A stretch of 64,000 bases of DNA, taken from the NCBI RefSeq assembly GCF_009834535.1, contig NC_045707.1, positions 47,928,001-47,992,000 of the forward strand. The letters run 5' to 3'. Shown in pieces: positions 1 to 13,140 of this stretch (positions within the stretch are counted from its first letter, which is position 1; the number at the start of each line of letters is the position of its first letter). The notes beneath the pieces were generated by a model. The model saw nothing but the letters and a program-made list of their open reading frames with translations. It was not told where the DNA came from and did not search any database. The position numbers were made by a program, and so were the translations under genes. This DNA is from Camelus ferus (Eukaryota).

Positions 1-13
1 AGGGAGGCAGGAC

Positions 14-235
14 TGTATAGTGGTTAGGAGCAGAGATGCTCTAGATTCTCAACGCAGAGCTACCCATGTTAGCTGTGTGATTTTACGACAATTACTTAAC
101 TCTCTCTGTCTTTATTTTCTTATCTATACTAGAGATGGTGGGCTAGTGGTATCTGTCTAATAAAGTTGCTAAAAGGATTAAATGGGTTAGTGCCTATCAC
201 ATAATAGGTACTATATAAATCTTTGTTGAACGAAG
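14..235 (+). mobile_element. MIR SINE, degenerate
   Basis: MIR core (ttagctgtgtga...ttacttaactctctctgtc...aggattaaatg) followed by an L2-derived tail. Confidence 0.75.
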
Positions 236-244
236 AAGTAATAA

Positions 245-1975
245 TGGCATCGTATATACATGACATAATGCATTTGTCAAAACCCACGGAAATTTACAGC
301 ACAAAGAGAGAACCTTAATGTATGCAAATTTTTAGAAGATTATTTAGAAGTTTGGATGGAATGCAGAGCATGAGAAAACAATCTAGCTATATGACAAACA
401 TATGAAACAAGCTCACTGAAGGGGGCGGGAGGGATGATACCAAACTAAGTAACTTTGGAAATGAGTGGAGTCTATAGGACTACAGGCAAAAGAAACTGTA
501 CATAAGGACTGTACTCTGGATAATAGAGTTAGATGTTGGTTAGAAACTCTGATAACACTATATATGTACACAGGAATGGACCAATTAAATACATGCATGG
601 CAGGTGTTGGGAGCCAGATTTCTCACTGTTGGAGTAGGAGGTTATAGGGTAGCAAGGGGAGGAGGCAAGAATGATCTATGAGGAATGGACTAGAGCTGAA
701 GACATCAGTATGAACTCATGTTTAGCTTAATACAGCTATAGATAGTTACATAGAGAAATATAATATGTGTACCTTCGTGAACTAGTTTACACATAAAAAT
801 TTTCCTTCTCTTCTCAGCTAAGAGCACCAACATTCAGTAGCAATGAGCACACCTAGTAGCACCCAAATCTTGGTTTCTAATACCATTATCCCATAAAAGG
901 AATCAGGTTTCCTTGGAGAAATGGCTGATTCTAGAACTGAAGCAGAAAATATACAATCTGAGCCTGGAGCATTTTGTAGTGCTAGGAAGCAAGGAAGTAA
1001 GGAAGTATCCAAACAAACAAACAAACAAAAAAACCCCAAATCCTCCCACAACCAAAAATAACCCTACATCAATGAGAGTATGCCAAAGAGACCCTGAAAG
1101 AGCTGCCAATGACCAAAGCTGGAATAATATGAGCAATAAAATAGAGCAGTATTGAATCATAACTCAAAATATAAAATAAATTTCCATGAGTCCTTATTGA
1201 TATAAAGAATTGAGTAAACAAATAAAATAAATGGCCGGTGAGGAGGAGAGGAAGGAAATAGACAAATCTCCCACGCAGATTTCCCAATAATTTATGTAGA
1301 TAGCCCACCCTCAAGGAAGTGGAACACACCTCCCAACCTCTTAAGTGTAGGCTGTGCATAATGACTTCTTGCCAATGAGTACAGCTTGGAAAGGTGGGGT
1401 GTGTAGAGAGGAAAGAGTAACTTTACAGTAGGAAAAAATGGGCAAATGTTACCCTAACTAGGTAACCAAGGATAACATCAACAGTGAGAAGTCATGTTGA
1501 TAGCAGGTACTCTTGATAGATGTGATGAAAATAGCACTTTTCCTCCCCAAAACACATAATCCCAGTGTAATCTTGAGAAAAACATCAGACACATCCTAAA
1601 TGAGGGACATCCTACAAAATATCTGAGCAGTACTCCCCCAAAGTGTCAAGGTCGTCAAAATTTAGAGTCTCAGGAACAGCCACAGCTAAGCAGAACCTAA
1701 TGAGACATGACTAGTAGATTTAATGTGATATCCTGGATGGAATCCAGGAACAGAAAAAGATCATTAGGTAAAAACTAAGAAAATCTGACTGAAGTAATGA
1801 CCTTAAATAATAATAGTGTATCAACATTGGTGCATTAATTGCAACAAATGTACCATACAAATGTAAGATGCTACTAGGGAAAACTGAAGGTTGGGTGTAT
1901 GGGAACTCTGTACTGTCTTCATAATTTTTCTGTAACTCTAAAATTGTTATAAAATTAAAAGTTTACTAAAAAACA
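245..1975 (+). mobile_element. LINE-1 3' UTR, L1MC-like
   Basis: Typical L1M 3'UTR motifs (catttgtcaaaacccac, gggaactctgtactgtcttcataatttttctgtaactctaaaattgtt) ending in an A-rich tail. Confidence 0.8.
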
Positions 1976-2694
1976 TAATAAATGGTTAAAATTTATGAAG
2001 CACTCATTGTATGGTAGACACTTCTTATGCATAACTTTATAACCCCAAAATAACTGGTAACAGAAAAATGCCATTTATAATGAATCAACCAAAAATAGGG
2101 TTTTAAATTTCATAGTGAGTAGTGAAAAAAATAAGTTTGACTGAATGTCCATTTTGAAAAAGAAAACTGAAATTGTGAGACTAACTTTATTAAAATATAC
2201 ATTTAAAAATTATATTATGCATGTATATTTGTATGGGAGTTCTTAGAATTAACAAGGAGCAAATCAGTTTGGGTTTGTTTTAGTATAATTTTGTAACCAA
2301 AATACATAATGTCATGAAATGACACCTTTTTTTTGTTGCATAATCTTTAAGATGTTTTTACAAAAATATGTATTATGACTTGCTTAATTTTCCTAATATT
2401 TCTCTTAATTCTCTGATGTCCAGATCATTCTCCTCTGAAGAAACTATCCTGTTATCATCCTTGTTCCCCATGAAGTCCAGCCAAATCATCCCACTTAGTG
2501 TTATTCTTTCTTGCCTTTGACGTCCAGGATTTTTTTTCCCCCTACTTCTCTGATAACCTTCATTTCATTCTGTTGGGTATTAGAATTAGTTGTTGAAGTA
2601 CCTTTCCTTCACCAGAAAATAATACTAAGAACTGCAACAGTGTAACAATGTCTAAGTAAAGTTAACGTCTTCTGCACACCTAAAATGCCTTATG

Positions 2695-2793
2695 TTCAGT
2701 CAACCTCAGTTTCCCCATTTATAAACTAGGTAAAGGAGAACAGCAAAACCTGAAATTCTGACTTCATAGGATTCTTGTGAGAACTCATGAGAC
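2695..2793 (+). mobile_element. MIR fragment
   Basis: cctcagtttccccatttataaa...cataggattcttgtgagaactcatgaga. Confidence 0.65.
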
Positions 2794-3144
2794 TGATCTT
2801 CTTCCCTGGCAGGGCCATGGGGCCACTGGCACTTTCCTGACCTTTCCTGTGAATGCCAATCCTCTGCTTCTTTAGTTACAGCAGGGAACATTTTGAACTT
2901 TATCTCTTCCCAATGGAGCAAGTTTGTCAGTGTATTTCACCCTGCGTGGTAACTTCAGCCTATTGACCTCTGACCTCTGAAGTACAGCATCAAGAACAAT
3001 TCTGAGTTGATGTCCAGGGCCAGTGGGAGAGACTGCCATGATGGGCTAGAAATGTCTGTTATGACTTTAGGACTGGGAACTGATGATACATAATCTCTAG
3101 TCTCAAAATACAGCCACCAGTAATTAGCCCTTGTCCATGCATGC

Positions 3145-3609
3145 TGCTTAATTAAGAAGTAGAATTGATTTCCCCTCCCCTTGATTCTGGCTGGCCTTGT
3201 AACTTGCTTTGACAGATAGAATTTGGAAGAAGTGATGAGGGACTTCTGAAGCTAAGGCTTGAAAATGACTAACAATTTTTGCTTCCTCTCTTTTAGAAGC
3301 CAGCTGCCATCTAAGAAGTCTAACTAACCTGAGGCCACCATGCTGTAAGGATTCCCAAGATACCCATGTGGAGACCATGTGGAAGATCACTGAAGTGCCA
3401 TTCATGTGAGTAAAGCCTTGTTGGACCTTTAGGCTCACTGAATGCAGCTGAATGACTCTAGCTGAATGACATTATGTGGAGTTGAAGAGCCAGCCAGCTG
3501 TGCCCTACCCAAATTTCTGCTCCACAGAATCATCAAAAACTAGCAATTCATTGTTTTAAGCCATTAGGTATTGGGACAGTTTGTTACACAGCAATAGATA
3601 ACTGAAACA
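3145..3609 (+). mobile_element. MaLR solo LTR (MLT1 family)
   Basis: MLT1 body (ggccttgtaacttgctttgac...tagaat) and 3' end tgttttaagcca...tttgttacacagcaatagataactgaaaca. Confidence 0.85.
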
Positions 3610-4078
3610 TGATAGTTGGGATAGAGTTTTCCATTTCTAAATATAATTTAGAAAATTTAACTTAGGGTACTGGTTAGCTCCCAGCCCCTATTCCAGGTAA
3701 TCTACTTCAATTGCTTAGGGATCGGTATATTTTGAAATTCTTTATTAGACTCTTATATAGAACTAAGGTTCAGAACCACTTGTCCAAGGAGAAACGGAAG
3801 AGGATGTGCTGAGCTAGAAAGTCAAATTGAGCTAAAACAGAGGGATAAGACTTTTGGAAGTCATTAACATTTGGGATTAGCCAGATAAACAAAGTAAAAC
3901 AAAAACTCCTCCTTAGTCACCGACAACACGCCACCTTACATCAGGCAAGCTGCAGAGGGGTAAATAAAGAAGACACAGGAATCAGAGATAAATGAGTAAA
4001 TCAGCAAATAAAAGAACATTCCCCTTGTGTTTTTTTCTGAGCAATATATTTTTTCTGTGTTTTTTTTTTTTTTTTTTA

Positions 4079-4184
4079 ATCTCAGTCTTTCCTGTGTGGC
4101 TGTACTAAATGAAGCTTGCCTAGAGTTGGGTGACAAAAGTGTGCATTTCATTACCATTAACATTATCTTGAGCTAAGTTTGCAG
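4079..4184. repeat. Copy A of a 106-bp dispersed direct repeat
   Basis: Ungapped alignment to 5575-5680 with 90/106 identical (hand-counted). Confidence 0.9.
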
Positions 4185-4267
4185 TGTGTTGATAGGTCCA
4201 CAAGGTCCTTATCCCCAAATTCAGACCCAGTATTACCCGAGTTGCAGAATAATTAGCCATACAAACA

Positions 4268-4300
4268 AGATAGACAGATAGATAGATAGATAGACAGACA
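4268..4300. repeat. (GATA/GACA)n microsatellite
   Basis: agatagacagatagatagatagatagacagaca. Confidence 0.85.
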
Positions 4301-4705
4301 TAATTTTTTTGCCAAGATTTTCAGGATTGTACTTTGTGCCTCATATCCCATTTTCAGTTGAAATTTGGATAACAGAAAGGTTTGACAGTTTTTGGTGAAA
4401 ACATGAGGGAAAGGAGTTTAAGCACCTCAGATGTGTGGAGTGCTATTAGATATGTTCCTATTATGCTGGAAAGTCATTAAGGAAATATGTATGCCAAGCC
4501 ACACCATCAATTTCGAGATATTGACTCTAACAGAGATGTCAATATTCTAGTCACATTGGCAGAGTTTAACCTCAACTAATGTCTACTGACACATGACACT
4601 TTGCCTGTCCTTTAAACCATTTATATCTTTGCTTTAGGCAAAATGCATTCTGTCTCTATTGATATATAATTGTCAAGTACTTGAATCTAAGACTGTAGAC
4701 TTAGC

Positions 4706-4778
4706 AGGAAGGAAGAAAGAGAAAGAAAGAAAGAAAGGAAGGAAGGAAGGAAGGAAGAAAGAAAAGGAAAAGAGAAAG
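4706..4778. repeat. GA-rich (GAAA/GGAA)n simple repeat
   Basis: Direct observation. Confidence 0.9.
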
Positions 4779-5574
4779 TGCTGGTTTTCATTGGAAGCAT
4801 GTCTGCCTTTGAAGCTTCATATTTCAGAAGCTGAAATAAGAGTCTCCAGTGGTTTTGATTATAATCGTTGCTATGTGGTCCTCGCGCTTTCCAGGGCACC
4901 TCATATAAGACCACATGTGCCATTGGCTGAATAGCGCTGATTAGTGAATGAATATGACACAGAAAAGCCTAGAGGTCTTTCAGCCCCCAGCCACTTTCCA
5001 GGAGGGGGAAGAACATCCTCTGGGCCAGGCACATTCAGTCTTTGGATGTGTTAATATGAAATACTTTCATCGCTCCAATTTCCACTCTTGTGGATTTTTC
5101 CTGGCTCCAACTCAGTGACCTGATTCTCTAATTTTCCCTCCTCTGAGAACATACTTTTTCTTAAGTTATTTTTTCTCTGAAATCCACACCGCCTCCCCTC
5201 CCTTCCCTTTTGATTTCTTATTCAGCCTGGAAACTACCTCACCAGTTGTAATTAGCCTGAATACTTGAGGGAGGGAGGAGGGCTCTCCTCAGGAAATAGC
5301 CAGAATAAAGCAAGATTCCTTCTTCAAGGAGTAGGAAGAGAAAGCCAGGCCCTTGTAAGCTGATTAAATGTCTCTTTGCTTTTTCATCTATTGTAAAGCA
5401 CCAAACTCTGATGAGAGCCTATTCTTTCTGTTATTTTATAACCTTAATTGATCTATACTATACATTCTCAGCTTGCTAGGCTAGATGTACTTTCTAATGT
5501 ACTTTCCTGGACCAAGTAAAGAGTAGAAATATACAATTTTTAAGTGTCAAGTTAGCAGATTTCTAGTGTTTTCT

Positions 5575-5680
5575 ATCTCAGTCATTTCTGTGTGTCTGTA
5601 CTAAATGAAGCTTTCCTGGAGGTGGGTGACAAAGGTCTGCTTTTCATTCCCATTAATGTCGTCTGGAGCTAATTTTGCAG
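5575..5680. repeat. Copy B of the 106-bp dispersed direct repeat
   Basis: Same orientation as 4079-4184, offset 1496 bp. Confidence 0.9.
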
Positions 5681-5789
5681 CGTTCTTAGTGGGTTCATTA
5701 GAACCTTACTAATAGAATTTCTGTGAAAGAATTATGTTTCCTATGTTTTTTTTACCAGTCAATTTGTCTTTTTTTCAATTGTAATAGCT

Positions 5790-6000
5790 ATGATTCATGC
5801 ATGCTGTGCAGTGTTATCATTATATTATCTCAATTAGTCACCATAATAACCCTGAAAGTAGTGATCAATATCCACATTTTACAGATGAAAAGTCTGAAGC
5901 TTAGCGTTAACTACATAATAAGTTGCCCAAAGGGGCACAGTTAGTTTCAGACCTGAGATTCAAACCCACGACTCTTTGGCTTCAAATCTTTATACTAAGT
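5790..6000 (-). mobile_element. MIR SINE
   Basis: cattttacagatgaaaagtctgaagctt...ttgcccaaaggggcacag...gattcaaaccca. Confidence 0.85.
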
Positions 6001-8479
6001 GCTATTGCCTTTCAAAAACATGCACTGCCAGCTGTTGAAGAGAGAGAAAAAGAGGGATTTTTCTTTTTTAAAAAACAAGGAAGGAAAGAAAGGAAAAGAA
6101 ATGAAAAAACTTCTCTATTTGAGCATATGCGGATGATAGTGGTTGGAACAAAAGGGTGGCTATTCAGAGCTGTTTAAACCTAGGGCAGGGCAGGGCAGGG
6201 CAGAAACACCCTGGTTTATACAGCACTAATTTAATACAAGAAAGCATGGTGTCTAGATGCCCAGTTTCCAAGAATGGTCACAAGCATGTTTAAGAACCAG
6301 TTGCTGCATCTGAGGGAAACTGTAACCTATCTCTAATAACCTAGAAGTCACTGAGCTGACAGGCAATCCCTTTTATCAATTGGTGGTCATTATTAATTTG
6401 GAGAAGAAAGTGACTTCTCCCTTTTAGTAAAGAAAGCATAAAATTCTAATCTCCTAACATGTAAAAATTTCATAAACTTTCTCTCAATCCTTTAATAGTA
6501 TAAAAATTAGAAGAAATATAAAGACAGAAGCCTACTTCATCATGTGTGCATATTCACCCACTGCATGCTAAGACTGTATATTATTCCCCTTTATGGTTTT
6601 TTCAAATTCTAAAATGAGTATCTGTATAATGATAATTATTAGATATTGATTTCAAAATCCATTTCTGTTGATTTGTATTAGTATATCAGATTTGATGGTG
6701 ATAATGGGCACTTACCATATGACTGCTTTATTGATACTCTTTTTAGATCAAAGACTCCTGATTGAACAGCCTGTTCTACTGACACCAAGAGCACCAGGAA
6801 TCTGCTCCCTGACCTGACCTGCATAAGTTAATTATTTTGTGTGTCCAAAAGATATTTATGGTTGTAACCTCTTGGCTATATCATTGATGAAGCTCCTGAT
6901 ATTTTCCTGAGCTGAGTTTCCAGAGCAACTATAGCTGAGAGTTGGCTGGCTGGCTGGAACAGAATCCCTAAGAGATGCATCGGTGAAATCATGGGAGACC
7001 ATGGTCTCTGGTCAGCAGATACTCAGAAACCTATGGGAAATGTAATTTTATTTTACCTTTGAAGTTCGTGTCAAGAAGATCATTCACTTTTGTGACCACA
7101 GCACTGAGACATTTTTGTAATTTCCCATAGCTTAAGGGTTTTTCATGCTGCATTAAGTATCTATGGTGTTTAAATAGCATTACAGCCTATTAAATCCGTG
7201 ACCCACAAAGTAGGAAGCTTGAGAGGCACAAAAAAGTAATTCACAAGAACAGTTTTCTATAAGGTTATTTTCCTGTAAAATAGAAGGAAAAAAAAAAAGA
7301 GCCCTTTATGTAAAAAGTAGGAATTTGGGTCCGTGGGTCATTGATAAGTGGGGTATAAAGGGGAAAAAATTACAACTGTCTCTACCTAATTTCCTCTGTC
7401 GCATGTTTTTGATTTCTTATAGCAAATAATTCTATGACATTGCATATTCAAGGCATTAGGAGTCACTGCCTTAGAACTCATGACTTCTTGCTTTCCATGC
7501 TGAAGTTTGACCATACCTGTGTATCCAATACCCAGAAAGAGCCCCTCTCATTGCAATAAAAATATCTTCAACCAGGGGCTACTCTAATTTTGTTTGGCTT
7601 TGGTCTTATGAAATGACTCACCTAACACTTTAAAAAACTTCTCCACATATTGAATAAATAAAATACAACTGAATCACTAATTTGCCGTAACTAACTGCAC
7701 TAACTAGCCCTCACTTGGAGATAGAAGGATTGCAATATTTTATTCTCTGAAATGAAGCTCCTTTTTTTTTTTAATGCACCCTTGGAAAATCACCATTTGA
7801 CTTTCGGACACAGTGTTTCAGACTCTAGTGTTAATTTTATTAAGCAGTATAATCAGAAAGTCACTTGAATCATCATGTAATAATTTGTGCTTCTGGACCT
7901 TAATAGTCATGACTCTAAGAACTCAGTGCTCCAGTAATTATTCCAACAAAGAGAGACTTAATCAACCCAATATTATTCAGACCCCAAAGAAACTCACTGT
8001 AGTGATTCTCATTTTTTTTTAAATGTTATCTTAAAAAAAAAAAAAGAATAGGGAACTAGGAATTTTTGGAGGCTTCCTACAACGATAGTGAGTTGGTAAC
8101 TGAAAATCTGGAAGGAAGTAGAGTAAAATGGGAAGAGATTCATTTTATTGAATCTTATACCAAGTACATACAGTCTATAGGATGAGGGAAAATTTCCTAA
8201 TTCAGTAGAGCTTCACTCTTCTCTTTAGCAAAATTGAACTGGTTATACGGAGGGATCTCACCGTATGCTGTGGAGAATAATTTATGTTTAATTTAAATGC
8301 AAAAAGAGTAAAATGTTTAGGCAATAAACCCAAATATCTACAGTGTCACAACACTATACAATAATATACAGGACCCATCAGCCTCCCTTTTTAGATCCTG
8401 CTCATTAATGTTACTTTTTCTAGTCTACATGGTACTGATACTCATTTATATGAAAACTTTCTTTCTTAGATTGCAGTTT

Positions 8480-8680
8480 CACATTCATTTGGCAAACATT
8501 TAATGAGTACCTAATTTGTGCTAAGTGCTTTGTTGTATAGATAGTGATGAATATGGTTGAGCATTCAAATTGCTCACAGATTAGTTGAAGAGATGGAAAT
8601 ATAAGCCACTATTGCAATTGTGAAAAATATTATGAGAATATCAAGTATTATGGGACCCCAGGGGAAGGAAGGTACTATTT
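8480..8680 (-). mobile_element. L2 3' end (older copy, interrupted)
   Basis: cattcatttggcaaacatttaatgagtacct...gtgctaagtgct is the reverse-strand L2 tail; the element appears to resume after ~10096. Confidence 0.65.
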
Positions 8681-8699
8681 GGGCCTCTCCCATTCTCTG

Positions 8700-10095
8700 T
8701 TCCACACACTCCACACAGGCTTTCATCCTCACCACTCCTCAGACTGTTCTCATCCAAGTCAACAATGGTTCCCATGTTGCTAAATCTGGATCGTGCCTTA
8801 GTCCCCATCTTGCTCAATATGTCAGCAATATTTCACACAGTTGTTCATTTCCTCCTTCTCGAAAAGACTTTCTTCACTTGGCTCCTGGGAAGTCACTCTT
8901 GCTTCACTTCCTATCTTACAGCTACTCCTTTTAAGTCTTCTGTGTTGGCTCTTTTTCATCTTCCCAAGCTCTGAACATCACAGTGCTCTAGAACTCAGTC
9001 CCTGAACTCTATTTTCTCCTCTCTTCTCCCTAAGTGATCCTACCTCATTTCAGGGCTTTAAATATCATCTTTTGTAGATAACTATCTCCCCAGTACCTAC
9101 CTCTACCCATGATATTCCCACTGAACTCCAAAGCATTTATCCAATGGCCTACTTGATATTTCCACTTACAGGTCAAACAGGTGTCTCACACGTAACATGG
9201 TTTAAAAAAAAGATTATTCTCACCCAATCTGTTCATCCTACAGTCTTTGCCATCTTAATAAAATGGGAACTTCATCATTCTAGTTACTCAGATCAAAATT
9301 CTTGGCATTATCCTTGACTGTTCTGTTCATATTCTACATTTCAGCTTTGCCTTCAAAATATATTCAGAATCTGACAACACTTAATACCTCGCCTCTTGTT
9401 ACTGTGGATGACATTTGTCACCTGGATTATCATGATAGCCTTTTATCAGGACTTTCTGCTTTTATTCTTGCCTCCCTACACTTAATCCTATACATGGCTA
9501 TCAGAGTGACCCATATATGGTGATATTTTCACTCTTCTGCTCTCCCTCTACCCTTCAATGGTTTCTGATCTTATTCAGAATAAAAATTAAAGTCCTTTCC
9601 ATGGCCTACAAGGCCCTACAAAATCTTGCCCATAGCTACCTCTTTGATCTCATCCCCTACTCATTCACTTCACTCCAATCACACTAGCCTCGCATCACTT
9701 CCTCTGATATACCAAGAATGCTCTGCTTTGGGCACTTTGCACTTGCTATTCCCTCTGCCTGCAGTTCTTTTCCCACCATCACCCCATATCCACATAGACT
9801 GAACTCATGCTTTGTTTTTATCTCTGCTCTGATATGACTTCGTCAAAGTGGCTTTCCTCAACCACTGTTTAAAATAACATCCTCACCCATTTATCCTGTC
9901 TTATTTTCCTTCATCCTAGCTTAATGTGGCATGTACACTATTCTTTGTTACTTGTTTATTGGTTTTGCTTCCACTGAAATCTGAATTCTATCATAGTAGA
10001 AAATGTCGGTTTTTTCACTGATGCATCTCTAGATCTTAAGACAGTACCTAGCATCTAATAGTCTTCCAATAAATAATGAATTTTAATGAATTAAT
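8700..10095 (+). mobile_element. L2 LINE, RT remnant through 3' tail
   Basis: ORF-track peptides TVLIQVNNGSHVAKS and LVPILLNMSAIFHTVVHFLLLE resemble L2 RT (TALVKVTNDLHVAKS...LILLDLSAAFDTVDHSLLLE); 3' end acagtacctagcat...caataaata...aatgaat. Confidence 0.9.
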
Positions 10096-10179
10096 ATATT
10101 TGAGCTGAGAGAAAAGGACAAAGGCTCTCAGGCAGAAGAAACCAGTACCTACAAGAGGATAAATTTAGTCTACTTAAAA

Positions 10180-10404
10180 CAGGAGTGAGCACACCTGCAG
10201 CCTGGGGACCAAATCTAGCCTGCCACTTGTTTTTGTTAGTAAAGTTTTATTGAAATATAGCCAGGCTCATTCATTTACATTACTATTTATGAATGCTTTC
10301 ATTCTACAACAGCAGAGTTGAATAGTTATGAAAGAGACCGTGTGGCCTGCAAGCCTGAAATATTTACTAAATGGCTTTTTATAGAAAAAGTTTGCCAACC
10401 CTTG
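10180..10404. mobile_element. MER58A-like hAT-Charlie MITE
   Basis: ccaaatctagcctgccac...taaagttttattgaaa...gagaccgtgtggcctgcaagcctgaaatatttact...gaaaaagtttgccaaccc. Confidence 0.85.
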
Positions 10405-12189
10405 GTCTGAGGGTAGAATGCATGGTAGACTTGGTGGGAAAATGGAAGAGTAGGTGAGGGCAAGCAGGGAGGGATTTATATGGGTTTGGGTGTCACATGT
10501 TAGTCAAGAGAGAGTGAGACAATGGGTTCTTTTAGGCAAGGGAGTCCCTGAAAGGTGGAACTATGTCTATTACAATTTTGCATGAAAGACTGCCTGATAT
10601 TTAAACCAGTTATCCCAGTGGCAGCTGCTGCCAGGACCCCTGCCTGAATGTTTCTGCCATGTTTGGAATTAGCTCTTGATCTAGGAAGCAAAAAGTAGTG
10701 AAAATCCCTTTGCTTCCCCCACCCTCCTCTGCTAGATATTGGTTTGGAAATGATCTTTCTCTTGTGGTGAGTCTGGTGCAGACGGCTCCAACAGAATCCA
10801 TTATCGCCTCTGGATAACTGGCCTGGGCTGATCTCAAGAGTCTCAGAAACATGAGGTTGGTTCTAGGGTCACCAAGAGACTTGTGTCTCCTCATACTTAT
10901 TGGTCCTACTTTAGGAAGCTTTTCGAATTTGAGAAATTTTGCAATCATTTCTATAGAGGGTGTCAAGCAAAACTCTACATTTTCAGTGGTTTGACAGCTC
11001 ATCAGACCTTTTCCAAGTCCTCTAAACCATGTGGATCCGTCAGACTTTGCCGCGGGGTAAGGTCAAAAGATTGCTGATCCGTTTTGCTTTTACTGAGATT
11101 GGATTTCACAATAAAGCAGCCTTTCCCTGCTGTCTTTGGCTCTTATGATTTTAGCTCCAGCCAGACCCTAAGTAAGGGCAGAAGTAAATTTTGAAGAAAA
11201 TAAAAAAAGAGAGAGAGAGAGAAAATAAAAGTGCTCTGAATTTCACAGAACAAAGTGGAGCTCTGGCTTGTGGTGGAGTTTGGGACTAGGTGCCCCTCTC
11301 CCGTTTCCCTCTGAGATTGCAGTGGTGAAATCAGGTCTGCTCCAGTGAAGCTGTGGCATTTGGGTTTAATTTGATAGATCCCAATGTGGCTACTTTGGTT
11401 TGGGACTTGGTTCTGGCCTGAGTTTTTTTGCCCATCCCTCAAAGTGTATGAGCAAAAGGAAGCCAAGTTTCCACTTCTATTTACTGAATCATTCAACTAG
11501 AAGTCCACAGCCCTTACAACAGCTCATGTTGTTTATTGGCTTGCCTTTAAAAATTCAAAGTATGGGTTAACTGAAAATTGATAGGTTATCATTTAAGGAG
11601 GAAGTGAAAAATTCCAAACAGACATCAGTCTAACCCTAAGCAAAAAAACAGAACTTAAATTTTTATGGTGGCCTTTCAGACCGACCCTTCTTTTGGCTTT
11701 ACAGTAGGTCAGAATATTTCTTTCTTTTTTTTTCTTTTTTTTTTTTTGGTTTAATTTAATGCTTCAACTTTCAAGAAGGTGCCAAATCAAGCTTTTTAGG
11801 CATTATCCGCCTGGGACGTGCTGAATTAATTGCAGGCTTCATTTTGTAGGAGTCAGTATCAATGGATGGGGTGCTAGCGCAGCCCTTTTGAAAAGAACAC
11901 ACAGAGGTGGCTCCAATAATTATATTAAGACCGTGGATACACACTTGCCATGGGGATTTGGAGTTGGGCTTAATCAAATCTGGATTTGACATTTCACAGC
12001 CCACATCAAGGATTTCTACAAAGGAGCATCCGAGCATTGCCAGCTATGCTCTTGTTCTGACTTAGTGCCTCCTCCTGGGTAACAGAACAGGCCCTGTGCT
12101 AATCTTGTTGATGCTTTGGTTGCACCTCTGCTCTGCTGCAGAGCGCTCAGAGCTTCTTCAGGCCAGAGTTTCTTTCCACCCACGAAGAA

Positions 12190-13140
12190 CCATTTATTTA
12201 GTACCTATCATGCCCAGGGCCCTGGGCTAGGATCTGGGATAGACGTGATGGTGAACAAGACTGACTGTATCCTGAGCTGCATTCATAAACATTACATATA
12301 GTAGGAGCTACAGAAGCTCAACCTGTAGCTGCAAAGCAGTTAGCTATTTTTATTCATTCATTACCTACCATGTCCTAATAGATGATATAGATGATGCCTG
12401 CCTTTGAGGAGTTTAAAGTCCAGTCCAGTGGTTTTCTTTTCCTTTTTCTTTTTTTTTTTTAAGTGGTTTTCAACTTTAGTCATCTGAGAAGTCCCACGGA
12501 AGCCTAATTCAAATGGGAACAAGGCATCTGCACTTCCCATAGGCAGATATTTCTGATGCACTTGCTCTTTGGACCATGCTTTGAGAAATACTGATAAACA
12601 TAGAAATGATGTAAACAGTTGTGAAAATAGCATAATCAATGCTGCGCCTGTCACAGGGGAGGCTCAAAGGTAGAAGGCCTTATTTCTATTTGAGACAGCA
12701 GAGAAGGCTTCCAAGATGCAAATCTAGATCTTGCAGGATGATAGAGGGTTTCATCAAGCAGACAATGCCACAGGTGGAGCAGGTGGAGGGGAGAAAATCC
12801 CAGACACAGAGGGATCACATAGAGGACGCTAAAATCGAGGGGGTGTCCCTGTTTAGGTGCCCTCTGAGCATGGAGCTGGGAGGGAGAGTGAGGGAATACA
12901 GTGCTAGAAAGTAGACTGGAGGCAGGTGGTAGCAGATCTTAAAAGTCAGTGTCGGATTGAGAAACCATTAGTGAGAAACCATTTTGTAGCAGGGAAGTAA
13001 CATGATCCAATTTGCATTTCAGAGAGATTAGTCGAGCAGCAGTGAGGTGCTGGATAGGAAACAGTGTAGGAGACCCCAAGCAGTTAGGAGTTTCTATGAG
13101 TGTCATTAAGTGTAAAAACAATAGGGTTGTTGAGGATGTA
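12190..13140 (-). mobile_element. Fragmented L2 with a MER5-like insertion (~12425-12593)
   Basis: L2 tail catttatttagtacctatcatg and body ttttgtagcagggaagtaacatgatc; MER5-like end ggaccatgctttgagaaatactg. Confidence 0.65.

Noticed and set aside
413..1359. Cluster of 60-96 aa ORFs
   Set aside because: All lie within an L1MC-like 3'UTR; incidental frames
8620..8974. ORFs with RT-like words
   Set aside because: Frameshifted L2 remnants, not a gene
10610..11002. 130-aa minus-strand ORF
   Set aside because: No recognisable homology or supporting exon structure
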